This document shows, in pieces, positions 19,322-29,114 of a stretch of 64,000 nucleotides of DNA (its first letter is position 1; the number at the start of each line of letters is the position of its first letter). Position numbers and translations under genes: made by a program. Under the pieces are notes generated by a model, which searched no databases, was not told the origin of the DNA, and saw only the letters and a program-made list of their open reading frames with translations. Source of the DNA: Bacteroidaceae bacterium (GTDB lineage Archaea > Thermoplasmatota > Thermoplasmata > Methanomassiliicoccales > Methanomethylophilaceae); NCBI GenBank assembly GCA_963656905.1, contig CAVKKO010000001.1, positions 4,476 to 68,475 on the forward strand, in the 5' to 3' direction.

Positions 19322-22300
19322 TCATTGTCCACTCATCTCGTTTTCATAGTGGCTCTTCTCCTTGCCCTTCCTCTTTTCCTTAGTCCGCTTCATATTCTTT
19401 ATTGCTTTACGACCTTCGCTGATGGTTCTCAATTTAAGACCGGCCTCAGTCGGCGATTCTATCCCCGACTCATTGGAATATCTGTTGATGAGCTGATTCA
19501 CTAGGCCCATGTTGGATTGCAGGTCTTTTACACCATCGATCGCGCAATATATGTCCTCAAGAACCTCCATCCTGCTTTCTTTAGGCTCATCCTCCAAGTT
19601 GCGCAGCTTCTCCTCGACCTTCTTCCAAGACCATTTCTCGCCGTAACGTGTCCATGTCTTGGAGCTCCTCTTGGCGTCTCTGTCGCCGTTGGAGGGCTCA
19701 TCAGGGAGATTGCCGGGATCATCTGGACCCGATGTCGCCATGCCCTGAAGCTCGTTCTTCGCGGTCTCGTAATCTTGCCCCGTGAGCTCCTTATATGCAT
19801 TGGTGATAGCGCCCATAGCATTTGCACGACCTGTTCTTGAAGGCAGATTCACAAGGGTCTTGAACATGGCAGAGAGGGTCGCTTTCTTGTCTTCGAGCGG
19901 ATTCTCGCTGCCTGCTACCCTTTCTACAGCCTGTTCGAATGTATCGAATGTGTATTCCGTGCCGTCATGCGTGAACGAGAACGGTTCGTTTTTGCGGCCC
20001 TGCGGTTCCTTCTTGTTCTTCTTCGGCGGCTTGTACTGCTCCAAGTCATTCCATTTCTGACGCGCTTCATCGCTGTATGGACGGATTATGCGGCCCAGGT
20101 AATCTGTGAACGCTTCGGATGCCTTGAGCCCCGCATCCGTCCGGCCCAACTCGGGGAAATCGTATAACAGACCCTCATCCTTCAGTTTGCCCATCACATA
20201 AGTGCCTATTTTCTGAGCATCTTCGCGTTTAAGGTCCGTTTTTCTGTATTCTCTGCCGTCGATGACCTCCCCCAAGCCTTTGATGAACTCTTTGCACAGG
20301 GCTTCCGTCCTTTGGACGATGCCGGGCGAGACAGATTCCAATGCTTTGGCTCTGTCTTCAGGCGTCTTTTGCGGTTTTCCGGTATCGAAGAGGGCCTTGA
20401 GCTCTCTGACCCGCTCTTTCTGGTGCTCGACCAAGGGGGCATTGAGCTTTTTCAGTATCGTGCTCTTTATTCCTTTTACGTTCGCCCCGGAGTAGTCGAA
20501 CTTCTTGAGGTAATCGTCCAGGGCTTTCTCCTTGACCTCGTCAGGGTCGAACCCGTATTGGGCGTATTCCCCCTGAGGGGTCTCCACAAGGTACTCCTTC
20601 AGCTCGGCGATGGCTTCATCGCGGCTGTTGTCCAGCCTGTCGTAGAGGTCCTTTATCGGAGGCTTCGACTGCTTTGAAGCTATCTTGGCTTTGATGTTCT
20701 CTGCAAGCTCGGACAGCGCATGAGATGAGTTCGCATCTTTCAATATGCCGTCCAGCTTTTCGGTGTAGCCTTTCAGAGTGGATTCGGAAGACGCGGTCCA
20801 GGGCGCTTTCGTCCCCCTGAACAGGCCTCTGAGGGCCAGCACGGCTTTCATGCCCTCTTCCGTCTCGATGGCGCCTTCTGGCAGGAGGCCCTTGAACTCC
20901 CCGTCATGAAACCTGTCGAGGAGAGCGCTCGCGCTGTTGCGTGCATCTTTCCCCAGCGCCATATCCTTCAGGACCTTGCCCCTGGCCTCTACATAAGGAT
21001 CCTTGGACGGAGCCGCCTCCTCTTCGAGCAACTGTTTGTTCTTCTCGACGAACGCTCTGATATGCTCCATGGCAGCTTCATCTACAGTCCGGTCCTCCAT
21101 GAGCTCCCTGAGCTTGTCGCGCCTCGCAAGAGTGGGTTTCGCATTGAGCTTGTGCGTCTTGCCATCGGTGCCCAAGGCCTTGTTGAGGCGCATATACGCT
21201 ATCCCATAGGGCCGGATGTCCGCTGCCGTCGTATTCTCGTTCCATGCGCCGCCCATGTCCTCCATGAACGTCCGCAGGCCTTTGTTGAAGCTCTGATACC
21301 CTTTGGACTTGTGAGTGAGTTTGTTCAGGTCGGGGTCGTCGAACTCCATCATGCCATAGGAGAAGTAATCCCCGGTCCCGCTGTTCCAGTTCTCTCCCAG
21401 CACATTGGGACGTTCGTCCTCGTTGCCGGGGGGCGCACCGCCATCAGAGAGCGTCTCGTCCGGCTCGACAAGAGCCAGCAGCCTTCTGGCTGTCTCGCTG
21501 TCTTTGAGCATCCCCAAGCCCTCCGCCGCTTTCACCGGGTCGATGCCGCCATCGGCTCCTGCGAGGTCGGGCCTCTGGCCCACCGTCTGTTTATATACGT
21601 CCGCATAATCAGCTAGAGCCTCTTGGGAATAGTCGTTGCCGAACAGCTCTCTCGCCAGCTTCGGAAGCTCGGGGTTCGTATGGAAGATGCTGTACCATTT
21701 GTTCTTGTCCGCATCTATCAGGCCTTGCGCATAGCCTTCTTCATCATATTTCGCATAAGGCGCGGGCGGGGCGTCGCCCCTGCGATCTTCTTCCTCATCC
21801 CCCCGGGCCTCTTTCTCCCACTCATCATAATGGAACTCGTCCTCTCTGATGAAGTCATCGAGAGTCGTTTTGAATCTGGTCAGATACTCTATCTCGTCCT
21901 CAGACAGCCCTGCCTTCTCGGGGTCTGCAAGAGCCGATTCGATCTTATCGACTAAATCTTTCTTGGCCCAATACGCATCCTTCTTGTCCTGTGCGGTAGG
22001 ATATCTCTTATCCACGCCCGGGCGAAGGAGGATAGTGTCTGGCTCTTTATCATCATCGTCCAACTTGAGCAGCCCCTTGTCGGCAAGGCTCTGGATGACG
22101 GCTCTGTAGCGGGCTTCTTCGTCTCCTTCCTCGTCTTCTTCGATGACCTCTTCTTTCACAGGCTCTTCGGGCTCTTCGGTCTCCTCAGGCTCTTCAACAT
22201 GAGCGTCGCCCCCGTCCCCGTCGCCTCCGTCGGGCGGAACGTCAGAGACAGGGTCGGGCTCTCGGGGGCCTGAGGTTCCTAATCTTCTTTCCAGCAGAGC

Positions 22301-24838
22301 AACGGTCGGGGCATCGTTGTATTTTTTAGCATAATCCAATGCCTTCTCTAATTTGGCCCTCTGCGTCCCAGAGAGCTTGGCTGAAGATATGCCTCCCTTG
22401 GAGTTTTGGAATATCAGATTCCACATGGGCGCCAAAGACCTGATGGACCTTCTCACGCTGGGGACGTCGGCTATGCCCAGACTGGCCGCGATGGCCTTCG
22501 CGTGGTCATCCGAGCCCCATTTGGAATAATCGTATGTGTACGTGCCGTGCTGACGTTTCTTGCCCGTGCCTTTTCCGCCCGTCGCGCCAGCACCAGCACC
22601 GGCACCTGCACCGGTATACTGGCTCACGAGGCCGAGCATCTTGCGGTCGGTGGCGATCTGGGCATCGGCGTTGCCGTAGATGAACTGGAGAGTGCGCATC
22701 TTGTTCTCGAACGTCCTCAGCACATCGGCATAGTCGGGGTCGTTGGGGTCGAACGACGCTCCGCCGTCGGGGGCGGTCATGAAATGCTTGTTCCAAGAAT
22801 GCATGACGTCGAGGCAGCTCTTGGCGTAGGCCATCGAGTCGTTGTCATGGCCAGAGCTCGAGACTATGACGCTGGCCTCCTCCTCCATCTGCATCTGATT
22901 CATCAGGTACTCCTTGACAGAGTCTATCGTCGCTTTCTCGTCGTCCTGCATCGCCGACGTGTCTATATTGTCGAGCGCCATGTACTTGTCTCTGAGGAGC
23001 TCGAGCCTTCTCTTATGGGCTCTTATGCGCGAGTCGCGGACGCCGTTGTTCTTGATGACATTGTCGATGAACCTGAACGATTGCTGGTACATGTTGCTGG
23101 CGTTGATCGAGTTGTTGTACAGCGTGCCGATGGCGCGCGCCTGCGGGTCCGAGCTCCCCATCATGGCGGCGATGCGGTCCCTCATGTTGGCTGTCACCGT
23201 CCCGTTGGACCAGTAGCCGTTGTTGATTATCTCGGCCGCCACGCGCCCGTTGTTGTACGCGATGTAGGGATTGAGGCGCGACATCTCCGCCAGGAAGCGG
23301 TTGTCGCCCGTAGAGCCCATGACGGTGTTGTAGTTGCCCCCGGACACGATCTGCGACTTCCAATGGCCCAGCGCCTGTTGCTGCTTCTGCACCAGCGCTG
23401 TCTGCCTCTGCACCGCAGGGTCGTTCTGGTCCATGCCCGACAGCCTCTGGAGCTCTGCGTTGGCGGTCTTGATGAGCGTGTTGACCCCTTGCTCCGTCTT
23501 CGGGAACCCTGTCGCAGAGTCCACGTCGATGTTGAACGTAGGGGATGCGGAATGGAGCAGGTTCGATAAAGGGTTGGGCGAGCCGCCGTCCAGCATGTCG
23601 TAGGATTGCCTGCGGAGCTCCATGTTCCTGAACTTCTCCGCACGGGCGTCCCTGCCCGCCTGGTAGTTCCTGTCGGCGGCCTGCTTGGCGATGTCGCGCA
23701 TATAGCCCGCCAGATGGTCTGCCTGCTTGCCGATGAGCTTGCGCTGGCCCGGCTTCAGCGACGGGTCGTCCAGGCTCTGCCTGAGCCTCTGCTCCTCCGC
23801 CCTCATGTCCCCGACGTGCCTGCCGAGCTGCTCGGAGGTCATCTGCGATATGTCTCCGCCGTTCCTTGCCAGCGACTCGGATATCGCCCTGAACGTGTTG
23901 CCGACGACCGCCTGCCCATTGTCTCTCTCCTGCTTGTACAGCCTGTACCTGAGCGTGTCCTTGATGAGCGCAGGGTCGGCGTTCACATCTATCCCGTACC
24001 TCTGCGCGGCCCTCGACGCCATGTCGGACGCCGTCTCCATGCCCGTGATGGCGTTGGATATGAACCTGGACGACGATGATATCGCCCCGGAGTCGGTCAG
24101 TGTCATCTTGACCAGGTTCTGCGCCATGCCCCAGCCCTTGGCCGCCGCGTCGCCCCAATTCTCTATGGCGACCTCGCCTGCGGACCGCAGGAACTTCTTG
24201 GCATGCCTCAGGTTCACGCCCGCGTTCAGCGCGGCCTGCTCGTCTGCGTCGCCCGCTTGCCGCGCCGCTCCATCTTCGGGCGAGGCATCCTCATCGGCCG
24301 CGCCCGCGTCCGCCCCTGCATCTGCATCTGGGGCAGGCTCCTCCCTCGAAGCCTCGTGAGGCTCTACGGGGGTCCTGCCCTCATACTGCCCCTCGCCCTT
24401 GTTCTCCTCAGCCCATCTCTCCTTGGCCTCGTTCTCTTTCCGTATCTCGGCCATATGGTCGTCGAGGGGGACCCCCGCAGGCTCCTCGGCTCCCGGCTCT
24501 TCCGCATCGGCCCCGGGAGGCTGCCCCGGGGCGCCTTCAGGCTGTTCAGGCTCCTCCGTCTCGGGCTGTTCAGGCTCCCCGGCGGCTTCCCTTTTGCCGA
24601 GCACTCTCTTGGCCTTGTCTTTGACATTGCCGAACAGCCCGGCCTTCTCCTCCGTCTGCTCCCCCGAAGTCCCGAAAGAGTCTTCAGATGCGCCCGCGTC
24701 GCCTGATGCCTCCTTGTCGCCGAAGGCCTGGTCCTCCTTGCCCTTCTTGTCGAATATGCCGAGCGCCTTCGCCACGCGCTCGTCTTCTGATAAGAAACCG
24801 TCATAGGGCGACCCGCCGTCGCCGTTATCGTCTGCCAT
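19322..24838 (-). CDS. Giant hypothetical protein (1838 aa)
   Basis: Long ORF with TATA-like CCTTATATAT about 20 nt upstream; no recognisable catalytic motif. Confidence 0.85.
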   Translation of the reverse strand: MADDNGDGGSPYDGFLSEDERVAKALGIFDKKGKEDQAFGDKEASGDAGASEDSFGTSGEQTEEKAGLFGNVKDKAKRVLGKREAAGEPEQPETEEPEQPEGAPGQPPGADAEEPGAEEPAGVPLDDHMAEIRKENEAKERWAEENKGEGQYEGRTPVEPHEASREEPAPDADAGADAGAADEDASPEDGAARQAGDADEQAALNAGVNLRHAKKFLRSAGEVAIENWGDAAAKGWGMAQNLVKMTLTDSGAISSSSRFISNAITGMETASDMASRAAQRYGIDVNADPALIKDTLRYRLYKQERDNGQAVVGNTFRAISESLARNGGDISQMTSEQLGRHVGDMRAEEQRLRQSLDDPSLKPGQRKLIGKQADHLAGYMRDIAKQAADRNYQAGRDARAEKFRNMELRRQSYDMLDGGSPNPLSNLLHSASPTFNIDVDSATGFPKTEQGVNTLIKTANAELQRLSGMDQNDPAVQRQTALVQKQQQALGHWKSQIVSGGNYNTVMGSTGDNRFLAEMSRLNPYIAYNNGRVAAEIINNGYWSNGTVTANMRDRIAAMMGSSDPQARAIGTLYNNSINASNMYQQSFRFIDNVIKNNGVRDSRIRAHKRRLELLRDKYMALDNIDTSAMQDDEKATIDSVKEYLMNQMQMEEEASVIVSSSGHDNDSMAYAKSCLDVMHSWNKHFMTAPDGGASFDPNDPDYADVLRTFENKMRTLQFIYGNADAQIATDRKMLGLVSQYTGAGAGAGAGATGGKGTGKKRQHGTYTYDYSKWGSDDHAKAIAASLGIADVPSVRRSIRSLAPMWNLIFQNSKGGISSAKLSGTQRAKLEKALDYAKKYNDAPTVALLERRLGTSGPREPDPVSDVPPDGGDGDGGDAHVEEPEETEEPEEPVKEEVIEEDEEGDEEARYRAVIQSLADKGLLKLDDDDKEPDTILLRPGVDKRYPTAQDKKDAYWAKKDLVDKIESALADPEKAGLSEDEIEYLTRFKTTLDDFIREDEFHYDEWEKEARGDEEEDRRGDAPPAPYAKYDEEGYAQGLIDADKNKWYSIFHTNPELPKLARELFGNDYSQEALADYADVYKQTVGQRPDLAGADGGIDPVKAAEGLGMLKDSETARRLLALVEPDETLSDGGAPPGNEDERPNVLGENWNSGTGDYFSYGMMEFDDPDLNKLTHKSKGYQSFNKGLRTFMEDMGGAWNENTTAADIRPYGIAYMRLNKALGTDGKTHKLNAKPTLARRDKLRELMEDRTVDEAAMEHIRAFVEKNKQLLEEEAAPSKDPYVEARGKVLKDMALGKDARNSASALLDRFHDGEFKGLLPEGAIETEEGMKAVLALRGLFRGTKAPWTASSESTLKGYTEKLDGILKDANSSHALSELAENIKAKIASKQSKPPIKDLYDRLDNSRDEAIAELKEYLVETPQGEYAQYGFDPDEVKEKALDDYLKKFDYSGANVKGIKSTILKKLNAPLVEHQKERVRELKALFDTGKPQKTPEDRAKALESVSPGIVQRTEALCKEFIKGLGEVIDGREYRKTDLKREDAQKIGTYVMGKLKDEGLLYDFPELGRTDAGLKASEAFTDYLGRIIRPYSDEARQKWNDLEQYKPPKKNKKEPQGRKNEPFSFTHDGTEYTFDTFEQAVERVAGSENPLEDKKATLSAMFKTLVNLPSRTGRANAMGAITNAYKELTGQDYETAKNELQGMATSGPDDPGNLPDEPSNGDRDAKRSSKTWTRYGEKWSWKKVEEKLRNLEDEPKESRMEVLEDIYCAIDGVKDLQSNMGLVNQLINRYSNESGIESPTEAGLKLRTISEGRKAIKNMKRTKEKRKGKEKSHYENEMSGQ

Positions 24839-24910
24839 GCACAGGCATGGTCGGGAAAGATATATAAGGTGCCCCCCTCCCAGCCGTCCCGCAGGAAGGG
24901 GGAAGGCGTT

Positions 24911-25336
24911 TCATTCCAGCTTGTACGGGGATGCTATGCGCATGATGCGCGCAGGGTACTGGCCCATGAGCTCCAGCAGGGCCGAGACGAAGCCCTCCTG
25001 GTCCCTGGAGCCGCAACGGCTGCACCAGATGCCCCAGAGCTTGGCCACGTCGTCGCTGTCGAGCTCGATGAGCGCGTTGCGAGGGACGCCCGACCGCTGG
25101 TCGAACTGGAGCAGCGTGGGCCTGCACGAGCCTTTGACGGCGTTGCGCAGGACGGCCTTCATCTCCTGCCTGACGTCGGGAGCCTCTGCGGGTGCCTCGA
25201 CGGGGGCAGGCGCCTCTGCGACAGGCTCCGCGACCGGAGCTTCCGCGACGGGCTCTTCTGCGGGAGCCTCCGTCGCAGGCTCCGTCGCAGGCTCGTAGAC
25301 CTCGATGCCCATCGCAGGCCTCTTCTGCTTGGCCAT
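24911..25336 (-). CDS. Hypothetical protein with E/P/A repeats
   Basis: GGGAGG RBS before MAKQKRP. Confidence 0.65.
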   Translation of the reverse strand: MAKQKRPAMGIEVYEPATEPATEAPAEEPVAEAPVAEPVAEAPAPVEAPAEAPDVRQEMKAVLRNAVKGSCRPTLLQFDQRSGVPRNALIELDSDDVAKLWGIWCSRCGSRDQEGFVSALLELMGQYPARIMRIASPYKLE

Positions 25337-25650
25337 CGCAGGCGCCTCCCGTGGTCCTCGATCATCTCGGCATCCGTCATGGCGGGCACCGTGCACGGGG
25401 CCTCTGCGGACGACGTGACGAACACCTGCGCCTCCTCGTCGGACGCGACGGCGGGAGCCTCATGCCCCGGCAGAGCCTCCACGGCATCCTCCAGAGGGCC
25501 TTTCAATATCTCGCTCATCTCCCTCAGGGCCTCGAGCCCTTTCAAGACGTCGCATATCTCGAACGCCATGGCGATGTCGAGGGGCGTGCCGTCTATCATG
25601 TGCCTCTTCACCCTCTCGATGAGGGCGATGGCGTCGTCGACGGCTGTCAT
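25159..25650 (-). CDS. Hypothetical protein
   Basis: ATGA coupling, GAGGAGG RBS; 3' end overlaps the next gene by 178 nt. Confidence 0.5.
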   Translation of the reverse strand: MTAVDDAIALIERVKRHMIDGTPLDIAMAFEICDVLKGLEALREMSEILKGPLEDAVEALPGHEAPAVASDEEAQVFVTSSAEAPCTVPAMTDAEMIEDHGRRLRWPSRRGLRWASRSTSLRRSLRRRLPQKSPSRKLRSRSLSQRRLPPSRHPQRLPTSGRR

Positions 25651-26117
25651 GAGGACCTCCTCATGCGGCGGACGGGAGCGTCGAGGACCTCCTCGCCCGC
25701 CTCGGCCCCGTCGGGACCTATGCCCTCTCCGCCCGAGGCGCCGGCCCCTCCCTGCAGGACCGCCTCCGAGATGTCGTAGACGTCGTACCTGCTCTCCAGC
25801 CTGTCGAGCGCGTGCAGGAGCACCGCCAGGCCCATGCCCTCGGGATGCTCCCTGGCGGCGGCGACCAGCCTGGCCGCCATCCTCTCGGGGCCCGCGTTGC
25901 CGTTGACCGACCACATGTCGCACTTGTTCAATGCGTTCTTCCCTGTAGCGGCGTTGCCGTCGGGGCAGTCGACGAACAGCACCTGGGATATGCTCTTGTT
26001 GCACGCCTGCCCGCCGTACAGCTCCGCGAAGGCCTCGAACAGGCCCTGCTGCACCGCTATGCGCGTCCCTTCCCCGGCGGACGCCCTCCCTTTCGTTATG
26101 ACGACAGCTCTCATCAT
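25647..26117 (-). CDS. Hypothetical protein
   Basis: Coupled gene in the operon. Confidence 0.6.
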   Translation of the reverse strand: MMRAVVITKGRASAGEGTRIAVQQGLFEAFAELYGGQACNKSISQVLFVDCPDGNAATGKNALNKCDMWSVNGNAGPERMAARLVAAAREHPEGMGLAVLLHALDRLESRYDVYDISEAVLQGGAGASGGEGIGPDGAEAGEEVLDAPVRRMRRSS

Positions 26118-26338
26118 CTCATCCTCACCAGCCTTTTAGATTCAAGGGTCCAGTCTCCGTTGCACAGCTCCCATACCGCGACGGTCACGCCGTCGAGGGG
26201 GAGGCCGTCCAGCACGCCTCCGTCCGCTTCAAGGGACTCGGCGAACGCCGCCGCGCTCTTCGCGTCCGGTTGGAACTCCCTCACGAGGAGCTCTCCGCCG
26301 TATGTGCTGACCTCTACTTTGTAACGATCCATGCTCAT
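26114..26338 (-). CDS. Hypothetical protein
   Basis: Coupled; GGAGG RBS. Confidence 0.6.
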   Translation of the reverse strand: MSMDRYKVEVSTYGGELLVREFQPDAKSAAAFAESLEADGGVLDGLPLDGVTVAVWELCNGDWTLESKRLVRMR

Positions 26339-26757
26339 GCCTCCGTCTCGTCTGTCGGCGAGAGCTCTTCATCCAAGCTCGCTCTCGCTTCCGGCCCGTC
26401 TCCCGGGACCGTGTCCCGTATCGACGAGTCCAAGCTCTCCCGAGCTTCGCGCTCGAGCGCCTTCCTCGCCTCGATGGACAGGGCCAGGGGCCTTGCCTTG
26501 GGGGGCTCCGCGGACACCGCCCTGACCCTCGTGTAGAAGGCGTAGGGCGAGTTGCATCCGGGACAGGTCCCGGGTATCTTGCGGACGTCCTTCGGCTCCC
26601 ATTCGTGCCCGCAGCGGCAGCATTTGAACACCCTGATGGGCGACCCGCACTTGGGACAGAACGGCTTCCAGCCTCCGGGGGCCTTGAACCAGACTGCGCA
26701 TTGGGCGCACCAGACGATGCGGTCTCCCTGATGCCTGTGCTCCTTCTTTTCCGCCAT
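26335..26757 (-). CDS. Double zinc-ribbon protein
   Basis: CAQC, CPKC, CCRC, CPGC; first gene after a TATA-like box at about 26793-26800. Confidence 0.75.
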   Translation of the reverse strand: MAEKKEHRHQGDRIVWCAQCAVWFKAPGGWKPFCPKCGSPIRVFKCCRCGHEWEPKDVRKIPGTCPGCNSPYAFYTRVRAVSAEPPKARPLALSIEARKALEREARESLDSSIRDTVPGDGPEARASLDEELSPTDETEA

Positions 26758-27030
26758 ATTCGGCTCTCCTTATAAGGAGATATGGTCGGAACTATATATA
26801 GGTTAGGTCAGAGCGGCGAGAAAAATAACGGAGGGAGCTTGATTTTTAGCGGGAGACGGGGGAGGGGAAGGAGATCGGGATGGGACGGGACGGACGGGAT
26901 GAGGCGGATGGCATATGAGGAGATGTGCGGGAAAATGTGTATGGAAACATATGTGGCGATATAGTGGGAGATATGCAGAGAGGCATGTAGGGAGATATGT
27001 GAGACGATATTGGTGGATGATATTGGCTGG

Positions 27031-27104
27031 CGATATATAGGGCACGGAGATATGTAAGACGATATATAGGGCATGGAGATGTGTAAGACGATATATAGGG
27101 CACG
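27031..27104. repeat. 29-bp tandem repeat, about 2.5 copies
   Basis: CGATATATAGGGCAYGGAGATRTGTAAGA at 27031, 27060 and 27089 (partial). Confidence 0.9.
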
Positions 27105-27239
27105 AAAAAATGGAAAAAATCGTGTGTTCAACTACCTTTTCCCCGGAGATTTTTCGCCCGTATCGCGGAGATATTTTGTTACTCTCGGAGTAACAAACTA
27201 TATATTCTAGTTAAACCTACACAGTATTAGTAAGTGTGT

Positions 27240-27555
27240 AAGGCGAATGTCCTTCAATTACTATCATTCGAATGTCCTCATCCCCTTAGGGGATGGGTGG
27301 GGGCTCATTGCCCCCGTGGGTCATCCTCATGATGCTCGAATGCGGTTGCCCGATTCATTGGGCGGTCGATAGCCCGCACGCGCTTAAGGTTCCGATGGCT
27401 CAATGTCCTACGATGCAAATGTGAATCGTTTGACCCGTCAGTACGGCTCAACAGCGACTGACAAATAAGCTGGCTCGAATGAGCCAGCACATTTCATAAA
27501 GTCGGACGGGCTGGAATCAATCCCCTTCGATGGGGATGCCAGCACCGCCGACGTG
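27240..27555 (+). ncRNA. Candidate structured RNA / 5' leader
   Basis: At least seven stems including nested ones; downstream of TATA-like CTATATA at about 27198. Confidence 0.45.
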
Positions 27556-27574
27556 AACACGGAGGACTGAAATA

Positions 27575-27916
27575 ATGGACGATGTGAGGGAAGCGATTCA
27601 TGCAATCCAGCACGCCACCAAGCCAATCGACAAGGCACGCGCCGAAGCGTGGCTCATAGCCACCGCCGAGGGTGGGAAGACCCAAATCGACATGGTGGAA
27701 GATGACAAGCTACATGGGTTGGTTGCCAGAATGCAGGATTATGGCATGAAGAACGACTTCAATTTCCCCACAATGGCGGATGGCGACGACTACATTGAAA
27801 TGATGTATCAGGTCGCCGACGGCTCGATTGAGAACTACTTCTATCAATTTGACGACCTCGATGCCGAGGGGTGGGCATTGTATAAGGATATACGTGCCTA
27901 CTCATTCGGTCATTGA
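27575..27916 (+). CDS. Early hypothetical protein, acidic
   Basis: GGAGG RBS. Confidence 0.75.
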   Translation: MDDVREAIHAIQHATKPIDKARAEAWLIATAEGGKTQIDMVEDDKLHGLVARMQDYGMKNDFNFPTMADGDDYIEMMYQVADGSIENYFYQFDDLDAEGWALYKDIRAYSFGH

Positions 27917-27967
27917 GTCCGCTGAAAACGTCTTCGAAACCGCTTAGAAATTTTGGAGGAATGCAAA

Positions 27968-28156
27968 ATGACATCAAGATGCTTCATGTGCGGACGCTAC
28001 CACGACGACAAGACCCCCCTGTGCAACTCATGCACCGAGTGGGTCAAGACGAACACACGCGAGCCGACAGCCGAGGACAGGCGCGACCACTTGAAGGAGT
28101 GGACGTTCAAGGGCTACGACGAGGACGATGGAAGCGAGATATACCGCTACGAGTGA
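27968..28156 (+). CDS. Small CxxC protein
   Basis: GGAGG RBS; CFMC...CNSC. Confidence 0.7.
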   Translation: MTSRCFMCGRYHDDKTPLCNSCTEWVKTNTREPTAEDRRDHLKEWTFKGYDEDDGSEIYRYE

Positions 28157-28269
28157 AGCGCTCGGCTCGCCCGCCCCGCAGTCATGCCCGACAGGGACAA
28201 TCGGATGCGAATCCGACCTGCCGAGCATGGCGCGGAATGGCAGAAATGCCAGCCAAAGGAGGTACTGAA

Positions 28270-28665
28270 ATGACAGCAAATGTTGTTAAGGATGCCCAGC
28301 CCAAGACCATCGCCAGCGTCGCGCTGGACATGGTCAGAACCGACCGCGCCATCAAGGCGCTGGAAGCCCGCCGTGACGGGCTCAAGTCCCAGCTCATCGA
28401 AATGGGCGGGCTCGACACGACCCACACCACGACCAACTTCGTGGTCCGCATCGGAAAGGACCATGAGGTCCGCCTCGACTGCGCCAAGCTTCAGGCGCAG
28501 TACCCCGAAGCCTATGAGAGGGCTCAGCTCATCAAGGCTCAGACCCTCAGGCTCACGGCCAAGGATGCCAAGGAGACCATCGCCAGCGACGTGGTCGCAG
28601 AGTACTGCATAGAGGTGCCCTGCACCGTCAAGGTGACGGTCACGCCCAAGGAGGTGAAGGAATGA
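28270..28665 (+). CDS. Hypothetical protein resembling the C-terminal domain of YqaJ-like proteins
   Basis: GGAGGT RBS; coiled coil followed by VRLDCAKLQAQYPEAY. Confidence 0.7.
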   Translation: MTANVVKDAQPKTIASVALDMVRTDRAIKALEARRDGLKSQLIEMGGLDTTHTTTNFVVRIGKDHEVRLDCAKLQAQYPEAYERAQLIKAQTLRLTAKDAKETIASDVVAEYCIEVPCTVKVTVTPKEVKE

Positions 28666-29042
28666 GCACCTTCGTCGTCGGAAAGGAGGAGTTCAACGAG
28701 TCCCTCGACGCCGCCAAGGCGATGCTCAACCACGACAAGGCGGACGAGATGTCCGCCGAGCTCCTCAACTGGAAGTGCCTTGAGCTCCCCGCCAGCCAGA
28801 TGTTCAACTGGCTCGCCGAGACGTTCAACGACGACCCCGAGCCCTGCTGGACATACGCCGCCATCCTCGATGAGATGGCGAGCGGTTGCACAAAGACGAC
28901 CCTGCTCGGAGACGACCCCGACGCGCTTGTCGGCATCCTCGCCGACGATTGGTACGAGGAATACGCCGAGACCGCCGAGGCGCTCGGGTCCCCCGACGCC
29001 GAGCCGATGACCCTTGAGGTCACGGTGAGAATCACTATCTGA
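28662..29042 (+). CDS. Highly acidic hypothetical protein
   Basis: ATGA coupling; D/E-rich. Confidence 0.75.
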   Translation: MSTFVVGKEEFNESLDAAKAMLNHDKADEMSAELLNWKCLELPASQMFNWLAETFNDDPEPCWTYAAILDEMASGCTKTTLLGDDPDALVGILADDWYEEYAETAEALGSPDAEPMTLEVTVRITI

Positions 29043-29114
29043 CGCTCACAACCAACCGATTAAACCTTTTAGAAACCTCTTAGAAACCTTTTGAACGACA
29101 AAGAGGTGCCAAAT

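Noticed and set aside
19322..24838. Giant protein as virion RNA polymerase or DarB-like anti-restriction enzyme
   Set aside because: No DxDGD, helicase or methyltransferase motifs found by eye.
26803..27131. ORFs in the tandem-repeat region and in 35982-38347
   Set aside because: Low-complexity translations of repeats with atypical codon use.
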